DNA of 64,000 bases from a virus: positions 540 to 64,539 of the IMG/VR virus record IMGVR_UViG_3300022723_000094. The stretch is one strand, 5' to 3'. The first letter of the stretch is position 1. Every line of letters starts with the position of its first letter. The translations under genes were made by a program, and so were the position numbers. The notes under the pieces were generated by a model. That model saw nothing but the letters and a program-made list of their open reading frames with translations, was not told where the DNA came from and made no database searches. Shown in pieces: positions 9,004 to 17,229 of the stretch.

Positions 9004-9206
9004 GTGAGTAGGTAGATGGTGAGTGAGGCCCAGAAGGGCGTCACGAAGAGGAGTGCGTTGAGCAGCCCTGTGACGAAGGGGAAGGGTTCAGCCTTGGCGA
9101 CGGACAGCCTCCTGTAGCGCAACACGAAACGTACTATCGCCAGGGTTGACAACGTCAGTGCAGACCACGCCAAGATCAGAGAGATCGATGTAACTGCGGG
9201 AATCAT
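9000..9206 (-). CDS. Two-TM membrane protein overlapping the 3' end of the kinase gene
   Basis: MIPAVTSISLILAWSALTLSTLAIVRFVLRYRR...FVTGLLNALLFVTPFWASLTIYLLT; its stop overlaps the holin ATG (ATGA). Confidence 0.5.
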   Translation of the reverse strand: MIPAVTSISLILAWSALTLSTLAIVRFVLRYRRLSVAKAEPFPFVTGLLNALLFVTPFWASLTIYLLT

Positions 9207-9669
9207 GAGTGAAATCATACCCCGGACGGGAAATTCTGACAAGGAGTACGTTCTCTGCTCCGAAGGCTCGGACCAGCTCCTCAGCTTCTCCCCGGAAACC
9301 GGAGTCGGAAACAACGTGGGTACGCTCCTGGCGGAGCATTCCATCCCAGCGTTGGATGTTGCGTGCCAGCACGTTCCCGAGCCAGGAATCGCCGTGCGTG
9401 GGCTTGATGTAGTTCTCGCTCATGGCGATGTAGGCCTGACGTGGGGTCAAGCCGAAAAAGCACTCCTGCGGAGTGTCTTTCTCGGTCTCGAAGTAGTCGT
9501 GGCGGACTGGCTTGTTGTCCAGACCCACTAGGCCATAGAAAGCGTGCGTCCGCTCCTTCAGCTCCTTGCTGATCTTCTGCGGCACCCCGCCCAGGTACGA
9601 GCAGAGGATCTCGGAGGCGAGGTCCTTGCCGCAGCGAGGCGGCCCGTTCAACAATATCAGGCGGGTCAT
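9088..9669 (-). CDS. Deoxynucleoside monophosphate kinase (T4 gp1-like P-loop)
   Basis: LILLNGPPRCGKD, TPRQAYIAMSE, VVSDSGFRGEAE. Confidence 0.85.
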   Translation of the reverse strand: MTRLILLNGPPRCGKDLASEILCSYLGGVPQKISKELKERTHAFYGLVGLDNKPVRHDYFETEKDTPQECFFGLTPRQAYIAMSENYIKPTHGDSWLGNVLARNIQRWDGMLRQERTHVVSDSGFRGEAEELVRAFGAENVLLVRISRPGYDFTHDSRSYIDLSDLGVVCTDVVNPGDSTFRVALQEAVRRQG

Positions 9670-10175
9670 GATCGGTTGTACCTCTTGAGGGACTCGCTGA
9701 CCTTGCGTCTGGATTCTTCGCTCCAGATTCTACGCTTGTTTGCAGCCACGACTGCGGCTCGACCTTCTGGAGTCAGGGGCTTCTTGACACCCGTCTTAGC
9801 TGCGGATACCCTAGCGCGTTGCTCTGGGGCCATCTTGGTGCCTAGCCTCGCCTGTCGCACCTTCTCCCTCATCTCGTCACTGTGTTCGTAGCCCAACATG
9901 GAGCCCCCACCTGGTGCGAGATTCAGGCACAACGGGTCGGCCAGTACCTGTCCCGTGATCAGCTCGGACTCGATCCGACAAGCCTCTTCATGGGTCTGGA
10001 CGATCACGAGGATGGTCTTGACCAGCTCCTCTCGTGGGATCCGACTCACTCGCTTGCCGCCTCCGAAGTAGCTCGTATCCAGGGTGGGCCAGACATGCGA
10101 GGTCCGCATCCCAATGTAGTACTCCCCCGTACGAGGGCGATCGATGCGATAGACGTAGAACCAACGATCTCGCAT
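9666..10175 (-). mobile_element. Free-standing GIY-YIG (Seg-like) homing endonuclease with NUMOD3-like tail, copy 1
   Basis: FYVYRIDRPRTGEYYIGMR, SYFGGG, EEACRIESEL, CLNLAPGG, HSDEMREKV. Confidence 0.85.
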
Positions 10176-10381
10176 CAGCCGCCCCTCTTCGCGATCCCGA
10201 CACACTTCTTGCAGGTCGGCCAGTCGCGGTCAGGGTTGTTGAGGCCCGCGAGCGTGGCACCGCAGATGGCCTTGTCCCCATCCTTCACCCCGTTGGGGTA
10301 GCGTTTGCGGTCGATGATGTGCGTCAGCGGCGGCCAGTGGCTGCCGATCTTGGGGGCCTTGGGTTTGGTCTTGGTGGTCAT
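10175..10381 (-). CDS. Small Cys/His metal-binding protein (DUF3039-like)
   Basis: H...AICG...WPTCKKC. Confidence 0.5.
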   Translation of the reverse strand: MTTKTKPKAPKIGSHWPPLTHIIDRKRYPNGVKDGDKAICGATLAGLNNPDRDWPTCKKCVGIAKRGG

Positions 10382-10725
10382 TCCAGGATGTGTCCCTTGA
10401 GGGTGATCGTGTAGTGGGTGAGCGCGATCGCCGTGCCGTTGAGCTCGTGGGCCACGTTCATCTCCGTAGGCAAGTCTACCTGGTCCAGGTGGAAGCCGCC
10501 GTCGCCGAATGGCCATTTCTCTACCAGCTCCCGGATGGCATCGGGACGCTCGGTCTGCAGGTGCATCTCGAACCTGGTCGTGATCATGCCGATGGTCGGC
10601 AGCTGGCCCAAGGCCCGCGGCCCCATGTCGAAGTCCATGGTCAGCTCCAGCTTCTCGAGGAAGATGGCGCGCTCGGCCAGGGCGTCGGCGATGCGCAGGA
10701 ACTCTTCGTTCATCAGGTGTGCCAT
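10378..10725 (-). CDS. Hypothetical protein, 115 aa
   Basis: Start MAHLMNEE; coupled string. Confidence 0.55.
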   Translation of the reverse strand: MAHLMNEEFLRIADALAERAIFLEKLELTMDFDMGPRALGQLPTIGMITTRFEMHLQTERPDAIRELVEKWPFGDGGFHLDQVDLPTEMNVAHELNGTAIALTHYTITLKGHILE

Positions 10726-11057
10726 GCGCCGTTCCTCCCGACCGTCTTGAGCTTCCGGCGGAGCGTGGCCTTGAACTTGGCCCACGTGCCGGTGTTGTTG
10801 ATCATGTCCTTGACGATCGACCGCAGGTCCTGCAGGCTGAAGCAGTAGTCGTCGGGGTACGAGCACTCTTCGTAGTACGCCTCGAGCATGGCCTGGCAGC
10901 GGGGGCAGACCTTGCTGCTCTGCATGTCCCCGTCGACCACGGCCACGGCCTTGATGTAGGACATCCCCCTCTCCACGTGCTTGAGGCAGCAGTCGCACTG
11001 GTGGCGCTTCCGCGCGGCCTTGATCATGCTCTGGCTGAGCAGCTGTCCGTGGCACAT
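10713..11057 (-). CDS. Conserved phage zinc-binding protein
   Basis: ARKRHQCDCC...G.SY...DG...VCPRC. Confidence 0.65.
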   Translation of the reverse strand: MCHGQLLSQSMIKAARKRHQCDCCLKHVERGMSYIKAVAVVDGDMQSSKVCPRCQAMLEAYYEECSYPDDYCFSLQDLRSIVKDMINNTGTWAKFKATLRRKLKTVGRNGAWHT

Positions 11058-11452
11058 CAGGCCTTCCTCCGAACGTCGAGCAGGACTTGGCGCGGGTTCG
11101 GCGCTTCCCAGCCTTCCGGCTTCAGCGGCTTGCCGCCCGCCGGATTGGGCACCTTGGCCATGTTCGCCCGCTGTACGTCCCGCCAGAAGGGGAGCAATGG
11201 TAGTCCTAAGACTACCATTGTGCCGATCACGACGTAGAGCACGTCGACCGCCTCGGCAGCGATCTTGGCCATGCTTCGCTCACGGATGGCAGCGACCAGC
11301 TCCCCGCACTCCTCCTCGATGAGGCCGATGCGGAACTCGAGCATGGCGTCGCCGACCTCGACAAGGGAGCCCACGGGGGCCGCCGGAGCCGGGTGGTCGA
11401 ACTTGGTGTGGAACGCGGTCACGTCCTCCTGGATGTCTGTCTCTTCGGTCAT
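11057..11452 (-). CDS. MazG-like / PRA-PH-like NTP pyrophosphohydrolase
   Basis: V.AFHTKF, RIGLIEEECGEL, EAVDVLYV..G, VQRANMAK, GKPLKPEGW. Confidence 0.88.
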   Translation of the reverse strand: MTEETDIQEDVTAFHTKFDHPAPAAPVGSLVEVGDAMLEFRIGLIEEECGELVAAIRERSMAKIAAEAVDVLYVVIGTMVVLGLPLLPFWRDVQRANMAKVPNPAGGKPLKPEGWEAPNPRQVLLDVRRKA

Positions 11453-11934
11453 CTTGATTCTCTCTTGTTCATGTACATCGCTGCATCGGCACAAGACAAG
11501 GACTTGCCCATGCCCGCCGCACACCCAACCTTACCGTCTTGGCTGCGCCAGCGACGGACACACTTCTTGATTCGCCTCGCGCCGTGCCTGGTGGGGCACC
11601 AGATGACGAACTCGTCGCCCCCCAGGCGGCTGGCGATGCGATCGTCGGAGCGCCCACGGCCCGTGCGGCAGCTGCTCTCGAGGAAGTCAGCGAACTCTCG
11701 GAGGATGGCGTCGCCGTAGACATGGCCGTCGGGGTGGGCATCCTGCGCGGTCTTGAATCCGTTGAGGTCGCACAGCACGAACCAACCCTCGCGGGCGTCG
11801 GTCCGGCGCTCAAGGGCGAAACGGTTGGGGAGCGCGGTGAGCTTGTCAGTCTCAGCAGCTTCCTGCCAGCGATCCCGGTCAGCTTCGATGAGTTCGATCC
11901 GACGAAGTAGGCTGGTGATCGTGAGGTCGCTCAT
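11449..11934 (-). CDS. Minimal diguanylate cyclase (coiled coil plus GGDEF)
   Basis: TDKLTALPNR, CDLNGFK, GHVYGDAIL, RLGGDEF, ADAAMYMNK; start MSDLT at 11934. Confidence 0.88.
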   Translation of the reverse strand: MSDLTITSLLRRIELIEADRDRWQEAAETDKLTALPNRFALERRTDAREGWFVLCDLNGFKTAQDAHPDGHVYGDAILREFADFLESSCRTGRGRSDDRIASRLGGDEFVIWCPTRHGARRIKKCVRRWRSQDGKVGCAAGMGKSLSCADAAMYMNKRESR

Positions 11935-11967
11935 ATACCTCACTTCGGCGGATGCGCACATTGGACT

Positions 11968-12564
11968 TTAGTCCTTTTCCGACCAGATGGCGTCGACCAC
12001 GCCCCACTCGACAGCCTCGGAGGCCGTGAAGAACCGATCCACCTTCCCCTTGAAGATCCCAGTCCAGAATCGCTTGGGCTTCTTGGTGTACCGCGCCATG
12101 AGCATGGCGTAGTTGTCCATCATCTCCGCCGTGATGGCCGCAGATGCGATGATGTTGGACGGATAGTCGGAGTAATCCTCCCCGAAGTCGAGCTGCGCAT
12201 CGTGGAGCATGAACGAGGTGTGCTCGGTAGCGTACCGCTCGCCCTTCGCTCCGCAGGCCACGAGAAGAGGAGCAGCGGACTGGCACTTGCCCAGGGCGGT
12301 GGTGTGGATCGGGGCCTTGATGATTCGGGTGACGTCGTGTAGGGCGAAGCTCTCGTCGAGGTTGCCACCGTAGCTGCTGACGAACAGCTCGATGGGCTCC
12401 TTCGGGTCGTCCTCGGCCAGGAGGTAGATGCCCCGGACAGCCACGCTGATGGTGTCTTCATCCACCCCACCATGCATGAAGACACGTCGCGCCTTGATGT
12501 CGATGCCATACTCGAGAGCAGCCTCGAGCCTGGCCTTCAGTTCCTCGTCTTTCTTCTCGGTCAT
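11968..12564 (-). CDS. clpP: ClpP-family serine protease
   Basis: IELFVSSYGG, catalytic Ser (CQSAA), His (FMLHD) and Asp (VDRFFTASEAVEWGVVD). Confidence 0.88.
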   Translation of the reverse strand: MTEKKDEELKARLEAALEYGIDIKARRVFMHGGVDEDTISVAVRGIYLLAEDDPKEPIELFVSSYGGNLDESFALHDVTRIIKAPIHTTALGKCQSAAPLLVACGAKGERYATEHTSFMLHDAQLDFGEDYSDYPSNIIASAAITAEMMDNYAMLMARYTKKPKRFWTGIFKGKVDRFFTASEAVEWGVVDAIWSEKD

Positions 12565-13229
12565 AGCAGGCTCTCGAGTTCAGGGCAGCGCAGCTTGGGG
12601 ATGGCACGTTGGATGATCTGGCGAACACGTTCGAGGGAGACACCCTCCTCGATGCTGACGGAGGACAGCGTACGACCCTGCATGAAGCGTTGCTTGACCA
12701 GTCGGCGCTCCCTCTCGGGCAGAGCGTTGAGACGCTCACGGAGGATCTCGAGCGCCTCGTTGACCTCCACGCCTGCGGCATCGTCCGCCGGGTCGTTGGC
12801 CTCGGAGAGGCAGCCGGTGCTCTGCTCGAGCAGCCGCTTGGCCGTGGCGATGGCGGAAGGACTCACGTCCCCCGGCTCCTGTCCCCGGGCGATGCGGTTC
12901 ATGAGCTTCCGCATGTAGACGGGGATGCGCACCGTGGACCCGTTGTCGTACATGTAGCTGAAGGCAGCCTGCCGCATCCAGTGGGCAGCGTAGGTCGAGA
13001 ACCGTAGTCCCCGGCTGGGATCGAAACCATCCACCGCCCGATAGAGCGCCAAGCAGCCCTCCTGGTGGAGGTCCTCGGGCTGGAAGTGGTAGCGACCCAT
13101 GTTGGCTGGGATCAGGTACAGGAACGCTTCCACGACTTGGGTCTTCGTGACTTCTCCTGCGGCGAGCTGCCGGAACAGCTCCTGCTCTTCATCCTTGGTC
13201 AGTCGTCGAGACGGAAGTCGGGGAGCCAT
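12561..13229 (-). CDS. Sigma-70-family RNA polymerase sigma factor
   Basis: Region 2 DLHQEG.LAL.RAVDGFDPSRGLRFSTYAAHWMRQA, VRIP; region 4 LPERERRLVKQRF...TLSSVS.EEGVSLERVRQI; likely start at 13229. Confidence 0.92.
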   Translation of the reverse strand: MAPRLPSRRLTKDEEQELFRQLAAGEVTKTQVVEAFLYLIPANMGRYHFQPEDLHQEGCLALYRAVDGFDPSRGLRFSTYAAHWMRQAAFSYMYDNGSTVRIPVYMRKLMNRIARGQEPGDVSPSAIATAKRLLEQSTGCLSEANDPADDAAGVEVNEALEILRERLNALPERERRLVKQRFMQGRTLSSVSIEEGVSLERVRQIIQRAIPKLRCPELESLL

Positions 13230-14497
13230 AGTTTTTGGGGGTCCGGTTCGGGGAGGCCGGGGTTCTCGAACATCATGCCTTCGCAGACGGCGACACCTTC
13301 GGAGGTCACGATGGGGTATTGGTGGACACGGCCACCGGGGTGGTAGAACATGATGCCGTAGCCAGTCTGCCAGCCGGTGTTGCGCTTCTTGAAGAGGTAC
13401 GCGCGTCCGGCCCGGGGCACGCAGCCCATGGGAGTCGACATCCATGAGCGAGCCCCACCTCGCTCGTCCGTCGCGTAGATGAGGCTAGCGCGGTGAACGT
13501 GGCCGGAGGTGCCGTTGTACCCGTGGTCCCGCAGCTCCGTCAGCGACGGAGTCTGTCCCAGCGCCGTGCCGTGCGTGAAGATGTAGTCACCGTGCAGGAG
13601 CGTGCCCGGCAGATGGTCTTCGGTCCCTTCGGGGGAGGCCCACGTACCGCCCTGCACCAGCTTGACGTCGAACTCATCCATCCCGAACATGCGATCGAAC
13701 CGCATCTCGGGGAGATCCGCGATTGCGTCGCTGACTTGGCTCAGGTGCATGGCCCAACGGTCCAGACCGTGATTGCCCGCGCCCCAGTAGATGTCGCCAT
13801 CGTAGATCGCTCGGATCTGGCGGAACATCTCCTTGATGAAGTTGCGCTCCAGGTCCAGGCCCACCGACCAGCCGGGGATCTTCGGGTGACGGGAGATGGC
13901 CGCGCCCTCGAAGACGTCGCCGTTGAGGTAGACTCCGTCCGGTTGCAGGCGCTTGATCGTCTTGAGGAAGCAGTACCAGGTGAAAGGGTCGAGGAAGGTG
14001 GCGTGCGTGTCGCTGATGATCACCCAGCACTCCACCCCGGTGGCGTCCCGCTCGGAGAGGTCCACCTTGTACGGGTGCATGTACCGCTCCTGGTACCGCC
14101 CCGCATGCTCTGCCCTACTCTGTTGGGCACGGGCCGCCTTCATCGTCCGGGTCGCCGGATCGTCGGCGAGGCCCGCTACCTGCTTGGCGTGCTCGAACTG
14201 GCCGAACTGCTTCTCCAGGAAGGAGATGTACCAGCGACCGAATCGCTTGTACCTCTTGCGGGAAAGGGTCTTGTCCTTGTAGAAGGGGTTGGTCTGGGGG
14301 TCGGACGCCACCCGGCGCATGTCGCCGAGGAGATCCTCAATGGACGGGGGCTCAGGGTTCTTGCTGTTGCGCTCGCGCTCCTCTTCGGCTGCCTCTTCAG
14401 CCTTGCGGAGGATGTACTTCTTCCGTTCGGTTTCGTTGTTGCGGACGCTGTCAGGGGCGGACAGGAAATCGTCAAGATCCTTGGGGGAGTCGGTCAT
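13199..14497 (-). CDS. Calcineurin-like metallophosphoesterase with N-terminal extension
   Basis: ISDTH, LNGDVFE, GNHG, FTHG, SGHVHR; start MTDSPK at 14497. Confidence 0.85.
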   Translation of the reverse strand: MTDSPKDLDDFLSAPDSVRNNETERKKYILRKAEEAAEEERERNSKNPEPPSIEDLLGDMRRVASDPQTNPFYKDKTLSRKRYKRFGRWYISFLEKQFGQFEHAKQVAGLADDPATRTMKAARAQQSRAEHAGRYQERYMHPYKVDLSERDATGVECWVIISDTHATFLDPFTWYCFLKTIKRLQPDGVYLNGDVFEGAAISRHPKIPGWSVGLDLERNFIKEMFRQIRAIYDGDIYWGAGNHGLDRWAMHLSQVSDAIADLPEMRFDRMFGMDEFDVKLVQGGTWASPEGTEDHLPGTLLHGDYIFTHGTALGQTPSLTELRDHGYNGTSGHVHRASLIYATDERGGARSWMSTPMGCVPRAGRAYLFKKRNTGWQTGYGIMFYHPGGRVHQYPIVTSEGVAVCEGMMFENPGLPEPDPQKLWLPDFRLDD

Positions 14498-14742
14498 AGA
14501 TCCTCGCCGAGATGAAGGCGTATGTGGTTGTGAATGGTGTTCTGCGCCTTGACCCCGTGCACGGGAGCGAAGTACCTCAACCACATGTAATGGACGGAGT
14601 GGTGGATGGTTCCGTCAAGGCGACCAGCGACGTACCTAGCAACCTCATCGGCTAGAACTTCGTTCCGGCAAATGGAGCACCTCCGAGAACGACGTCCCTT
14701 CTGGGCCTGCTCCTCACCTGCGAGGAAGTCTTCGAGACTCAA
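14494..14742 (-). CDS. Small Cys/His protein, 82 aa
   Basis: TTG start after GGAGAAAG; CSIC...HNHIRLH. Confidence 0.55.
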   Translation of the reverse strand: MSLEDFLAGEEQAQKGRRSRRCSICRNEVLADEVARYVAGRLDGTIHHSVHYMWLRYFAPVHGVKAQNTIHNHIRLHLGEDL

Positions 14743-14861
14743 GCGACTTTCTCCAGCAGCTGAAGAGCCTTGACACACGCGAAGGCCACCACCGACCCGA
14801 ACCCGAGAAGGAACAGGACGTAGGGCGGGATCGCCTTGAGAGTGTATGAGAGGTTCTTCAT
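14739..14861 (-). CDS. Small TM peptide, 40 aa
   Basis: Translated by hand: MKNLSYTLKAIPPYVLFLLGFGSVVAFACVKALQLLEKVA; GAGGTG RBS; stop overlaps the next start. Confidence 0.55.
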   Translation of the reverse strand: MKNLSYTLKAIPPYVLFLLGFGSVVAFACVKALQLLEKVA

Positions 14862-14868
14862 TGCACCT

Positions 14869-14906
14869 CATGATACCCTGCTCAGGCGAACGGAGCGGAG
14901 AGAATC
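14869..14906 (-). promoter_or_regulatory. Putative promoter (GGGTATCATG -10 class)
   Basis: Minus strand GATTCTCTCCGCTCC-N13-GGGTATCATG, just upstream of an RBS. Confidence 0.5.
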
Positions 14907-15121
14907 TCCAACTATCGGATCCGAGCAGTGTAACACGAGTATAGTGGGGGACTTAGGAGGGGAGAGAAAACACTGCCCTAGTCGGCCTCGGGCAGCGGCA
15001 GCCTCACTACGTTCAGGGGGTGGCATGCTCGGTCGAGTTGACCTTCACCCGGGTCCCTACTTGGAGCCGACGGCTACCTTCATCCTACCCTCCCTGCCCC
15101 AAGGGGCGTCGTCTTTCCCGG

Positions 15122-15155
15122 AAAAAGAAGGCCGGGGCTCCGGGAGCCACCGGCC
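15122..15155 (-). terminator. Rho-independent terminator
   Basis: Minus strand GGCCGG-T-GGCTC/GAGCC-CCGGCC followed by TTCTTTTT. Confidence 0.75.
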
Positions 15156-15247
15156 ACAAGGGAGGTCGCGGGAGTTCATGTCCGGACCAGTCGTGATCAC
15201 CTCCTATGCTCGAGCTAGGGAGAGTTCGACGTCAACCCCCTCATAGG

Positions 15248-15490
15248 CTAGACGGTCTGGAAGAACAGCTCGCCTTCCTTCTCGACGACCACGTAGCTCC
15301 TGATCCCGAAGATGTTCTCGAGCCGCCCCTTGTCCCCCACCTTCAGCATCAGATGGCCAGGGCAGGGCGTGAACCGGGGAGGCACCACGGTGAACATGGC
15401 GTCGTCACCCTCCACCACGGCCCAGTCACCGGGTCCGTAGATCTTCTCCGCGAGCAGCACGGCCTCGTCTTCGTATTCGAATCGTCTCAT
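15248..15490 (-). CDS. Hypothetical protein, 80 aa
   Basis: Start MRRFEYEDE. Confidence 0.55.
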   Translation of the reverse strand: MRRFEYEDEAVLLAEKIYGPGDWAVVEGDDAMFTVVPPRFTPCPGHLMLKVGDKGRLENIFGIRSYVVVEKEGELFFQTV

Positions 15491-15492
15491 AC

Positions 15493-15966
15493 CTACACCT
15501 TTCCGCTCCCCGCAGCCATAGCGAAAGAGGAAACTTTCAGGCGAGCCTCCCGCATCGACTCCACCACGTGGTGGTAGTTGGCGGCGGTGTGGCGGTCGAG
15601 GAGCTGAGCGTACAGCTCGCAGAACTCCGGACCGTGGCTGGCGACGAGCGCTCCCTCGCGCAAGTGAATGACGTGGGCCAGCTCGTGGATGACGTACCAC
15701 CGGGTCTGGGAGGTGGGGTACTGGGAGCTGAGCTTGATCGTGTCGTACCAGGCGGACCCGCGGCCCCGGTTGCCCATCACCCGCACCTTGGGCGGAGGGC
15801 CGAAGCAACGGTCCTCAGCCATCCAGATGGAGTTCACTAGCACTTGGGCGCCACGCTCCCCGAGCGGGACGTTGTCTCCAGGCAGGATCTGCCAGGCCGT
15901 CTTGAGATCGGCTCGCTCCCAGGCGTACAGCTTGGAGCGCTGGTTGTCTCGAATGCGTTTCCTCAT
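15493..15966 (-). CDS. HEXXH zinc metallopeptidase-like protein (SprT / Rv0185-like)
   Basis: RDNQRSKLYAWE, VIHELAH, HGPEF. Confidence 0.8.
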   Translation of the reverse strand: MRKRIRDNQRSKLYAWERADLKTAWQILPGDNVPLGERGAQVLVNSIWMAEDRCFGPPPKVRVMGNRGRGSAWYDTIKLSSQYPTSQTRWYVIHELAHVIHLREGALVASHGPEFCELYAQLLDRHTAANYHHVVESMREARLKVSSFAMAAGSGKV

Positions 15967-15973
15967 GGCACCC

Positions 15974-16010
15974 CAGTATACCCGCTCCCCGGATACAGGA
16001 CGGATAATTC
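15974..16010 (-). promoter_or_regulatory. Putative promoter (GGGTATACTG class)
   Basis: GAATTATCCGTCC-N14-GGGTATACTG; near-copy at 17188-17224. Confidence 0.65.
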
Positions 16011-16029
16011 ACCTAGAAACTTTCCTGAA

Positions 16030-16071
16030 CGAAAGGGAGGGCAGCCCCAGTCACGCGTTGGGCTGCCCTCC
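16030..16071 (-). terminator. Terminator-like hairpin
   Basis: 12-bp perfect stem ggagggcagccc/gggctgccctcc after the DUF932 stop; short T-rich tail. Confidence 0.65.
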
Positions 16072-16091
16072 GGCCAAAACAGTGCTCTCTT

Positions 16092-17147
16092 CTAGACGGT
16101 GGCGAGCGCCAGCTTGAAGGCCTGCACCTTGGCGCGGTGCGAGACGCCGAAGACGTTGCTGGCCACCCGAGCATCGGATTCGTGGACCTGGGCGAAGCGG
16201 CCCCGGTCGTGGTCGTGGAACTCGGAGACCGCGTTGTAGGCGGCCCAGGCCGTGCCACGGATACCCGGCATCATCTGGCGGGCGTTGGCGAGGTTCGCCT
16301 CCCACTGGCCGATGAGGTCTGCGCGCTTGGCGAGCAGCTTCTCACGGACTTCGCCGGTCACCTGGAACTCGTCCGGGATGGCGCCGAAGGTCTTGTCGTG
16401 GATGGCGTTCAGGAGGTCGCGGGTCGCGTCCGCCGTCAGGCGCTTGCCCACCAGAGCAGTCACCTGCTCCTGGAACTTCTCGCCTTCCTCGATGGCGACG
16501 CCCAGCACGTTGCGGGCCTGCTTCAGCTTCTCGTCGAAGTCGCCGGAGTGTTGGAACCGGATGCCCTGGGAAAGGTCGGTCTCCGACCAGCGCAGGGTGT
16601 TGGCGCAGACCACGCGGACCGCGGTCGGGTAACAGGCCAGGGCAGCTGTGCCACCGTGGCCGTTCTGGATCAGGATGTACTGGTCCAGGACGTCGTCCCC
16701 AGCAGCCACGATCCTGGTGGGCAGCTTGACGCAGGCGAAGACCCGCTTGCTGTGGTAGAGGGAGCCAGCCGTCTCGACCTGAACACCGTCGACCGCCAGG
16801 GCGTCGGCGAAGCGAGCGAGGTCCATGTTGTCGAAGGGCTTGTAGCCAGCGGTGACCATGCCCAGGAGCTGGTGGTTCATCCCGCCGGAGTCATCCATGC
16901 GGAGGTGAGCCATCGGCGGGTTGCTTCCCTTGAGCGGGACGTTCACGGTCTGCGGACCGTCGGGGCCCATCCCCTCGACCTGAGCCGTGACCGGGGCGAG
17001 CGCCGTGCGCCAGTCCAGGCCGATCTGCTTGAAGGCGTCGACCGCGGTCAGGTTCTCTTCGATCTCGAGGCCGAGGCCGTGCCAGGCGCGCTGGCCGTTC
17101 TTGCGGACTTCCCCGTAGCGATCGGTTGCGTGAATCTCGTGAGCCAT
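16092..17147 (-). CDS. DUF932-family (phage/plasmid TIGR03299-like) protein
   Basis: AWHGLG...AF..IGLDW, ETAGSL..SKRVF, NGHGG, TAVRVVCANTL, GTAWAAYNAVSEFHDH. Confidence 0.88.
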   Translation of the reverse strand: MAHEIHATDRYGEVRKNGQRAWHGLGLEIEENLTAVDAFKQIGLDWRTALAPVTAQVEGMGPDGPQTVNVPLKGSNPPMAHLRMDDSGGMNHQLLGMVTAGYKPFDNMDLARFADALAVDGVQVETAGSLYHSKRVFACVKLPTRIVAAGDDVLDQYILIQNGHGGTAALACYPTAVRVVCANTLRWSETDLSQGIRFQHSGDFDEKLKQARNVLGVAIEEGEKFQEQVTALVGKRLTADATRDLLNAIHDKTFGAIPDEFQVTGEVREKLLAKRADLIGQWEANLANARQMMPGIRGTAWAAYNAVSEFHDHDRGRFAQVHESDARVASNVFGVSHRAKVQAFKLALATV

Positions 17148-17187
17148 TTGGTGTCTCCTGTTGGATTGAGTTTGACTCGAACGACTT

Positions 17188-17224
17188 CAGTATACCCGCT
17201 CCGGCGACGCAGGACGGAGAATTC
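17188..17224 (-). promoter_or_regulatory. Putative promoter (GGGTATACTG class)
   Basis: GAATTCTCCGTCC-N14-GGGTATACTG upstream of an AGGAG RBS. Confidence 0.65.
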
Positions 17225-17229
17225 CTGTG

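Noticed and set aside
9214-9222. GGGTATGAT motif as another promoter
   Set aside because: Inside the kinase coding sequence and lacking the spacer to the upstream block
11968-12564. ClpP as the prohead maturation protease
   Set aside because: It lies among regulatory genes far from the head module and resembles cellular ClpP; not fully excluded because the region upstream of the capsid is outside the window
14880-15120. c-di-GMP riboswitch or tRNA near the GGDEF operon
   Set aside because: No GEMM consensus or tRNA arms recognisable
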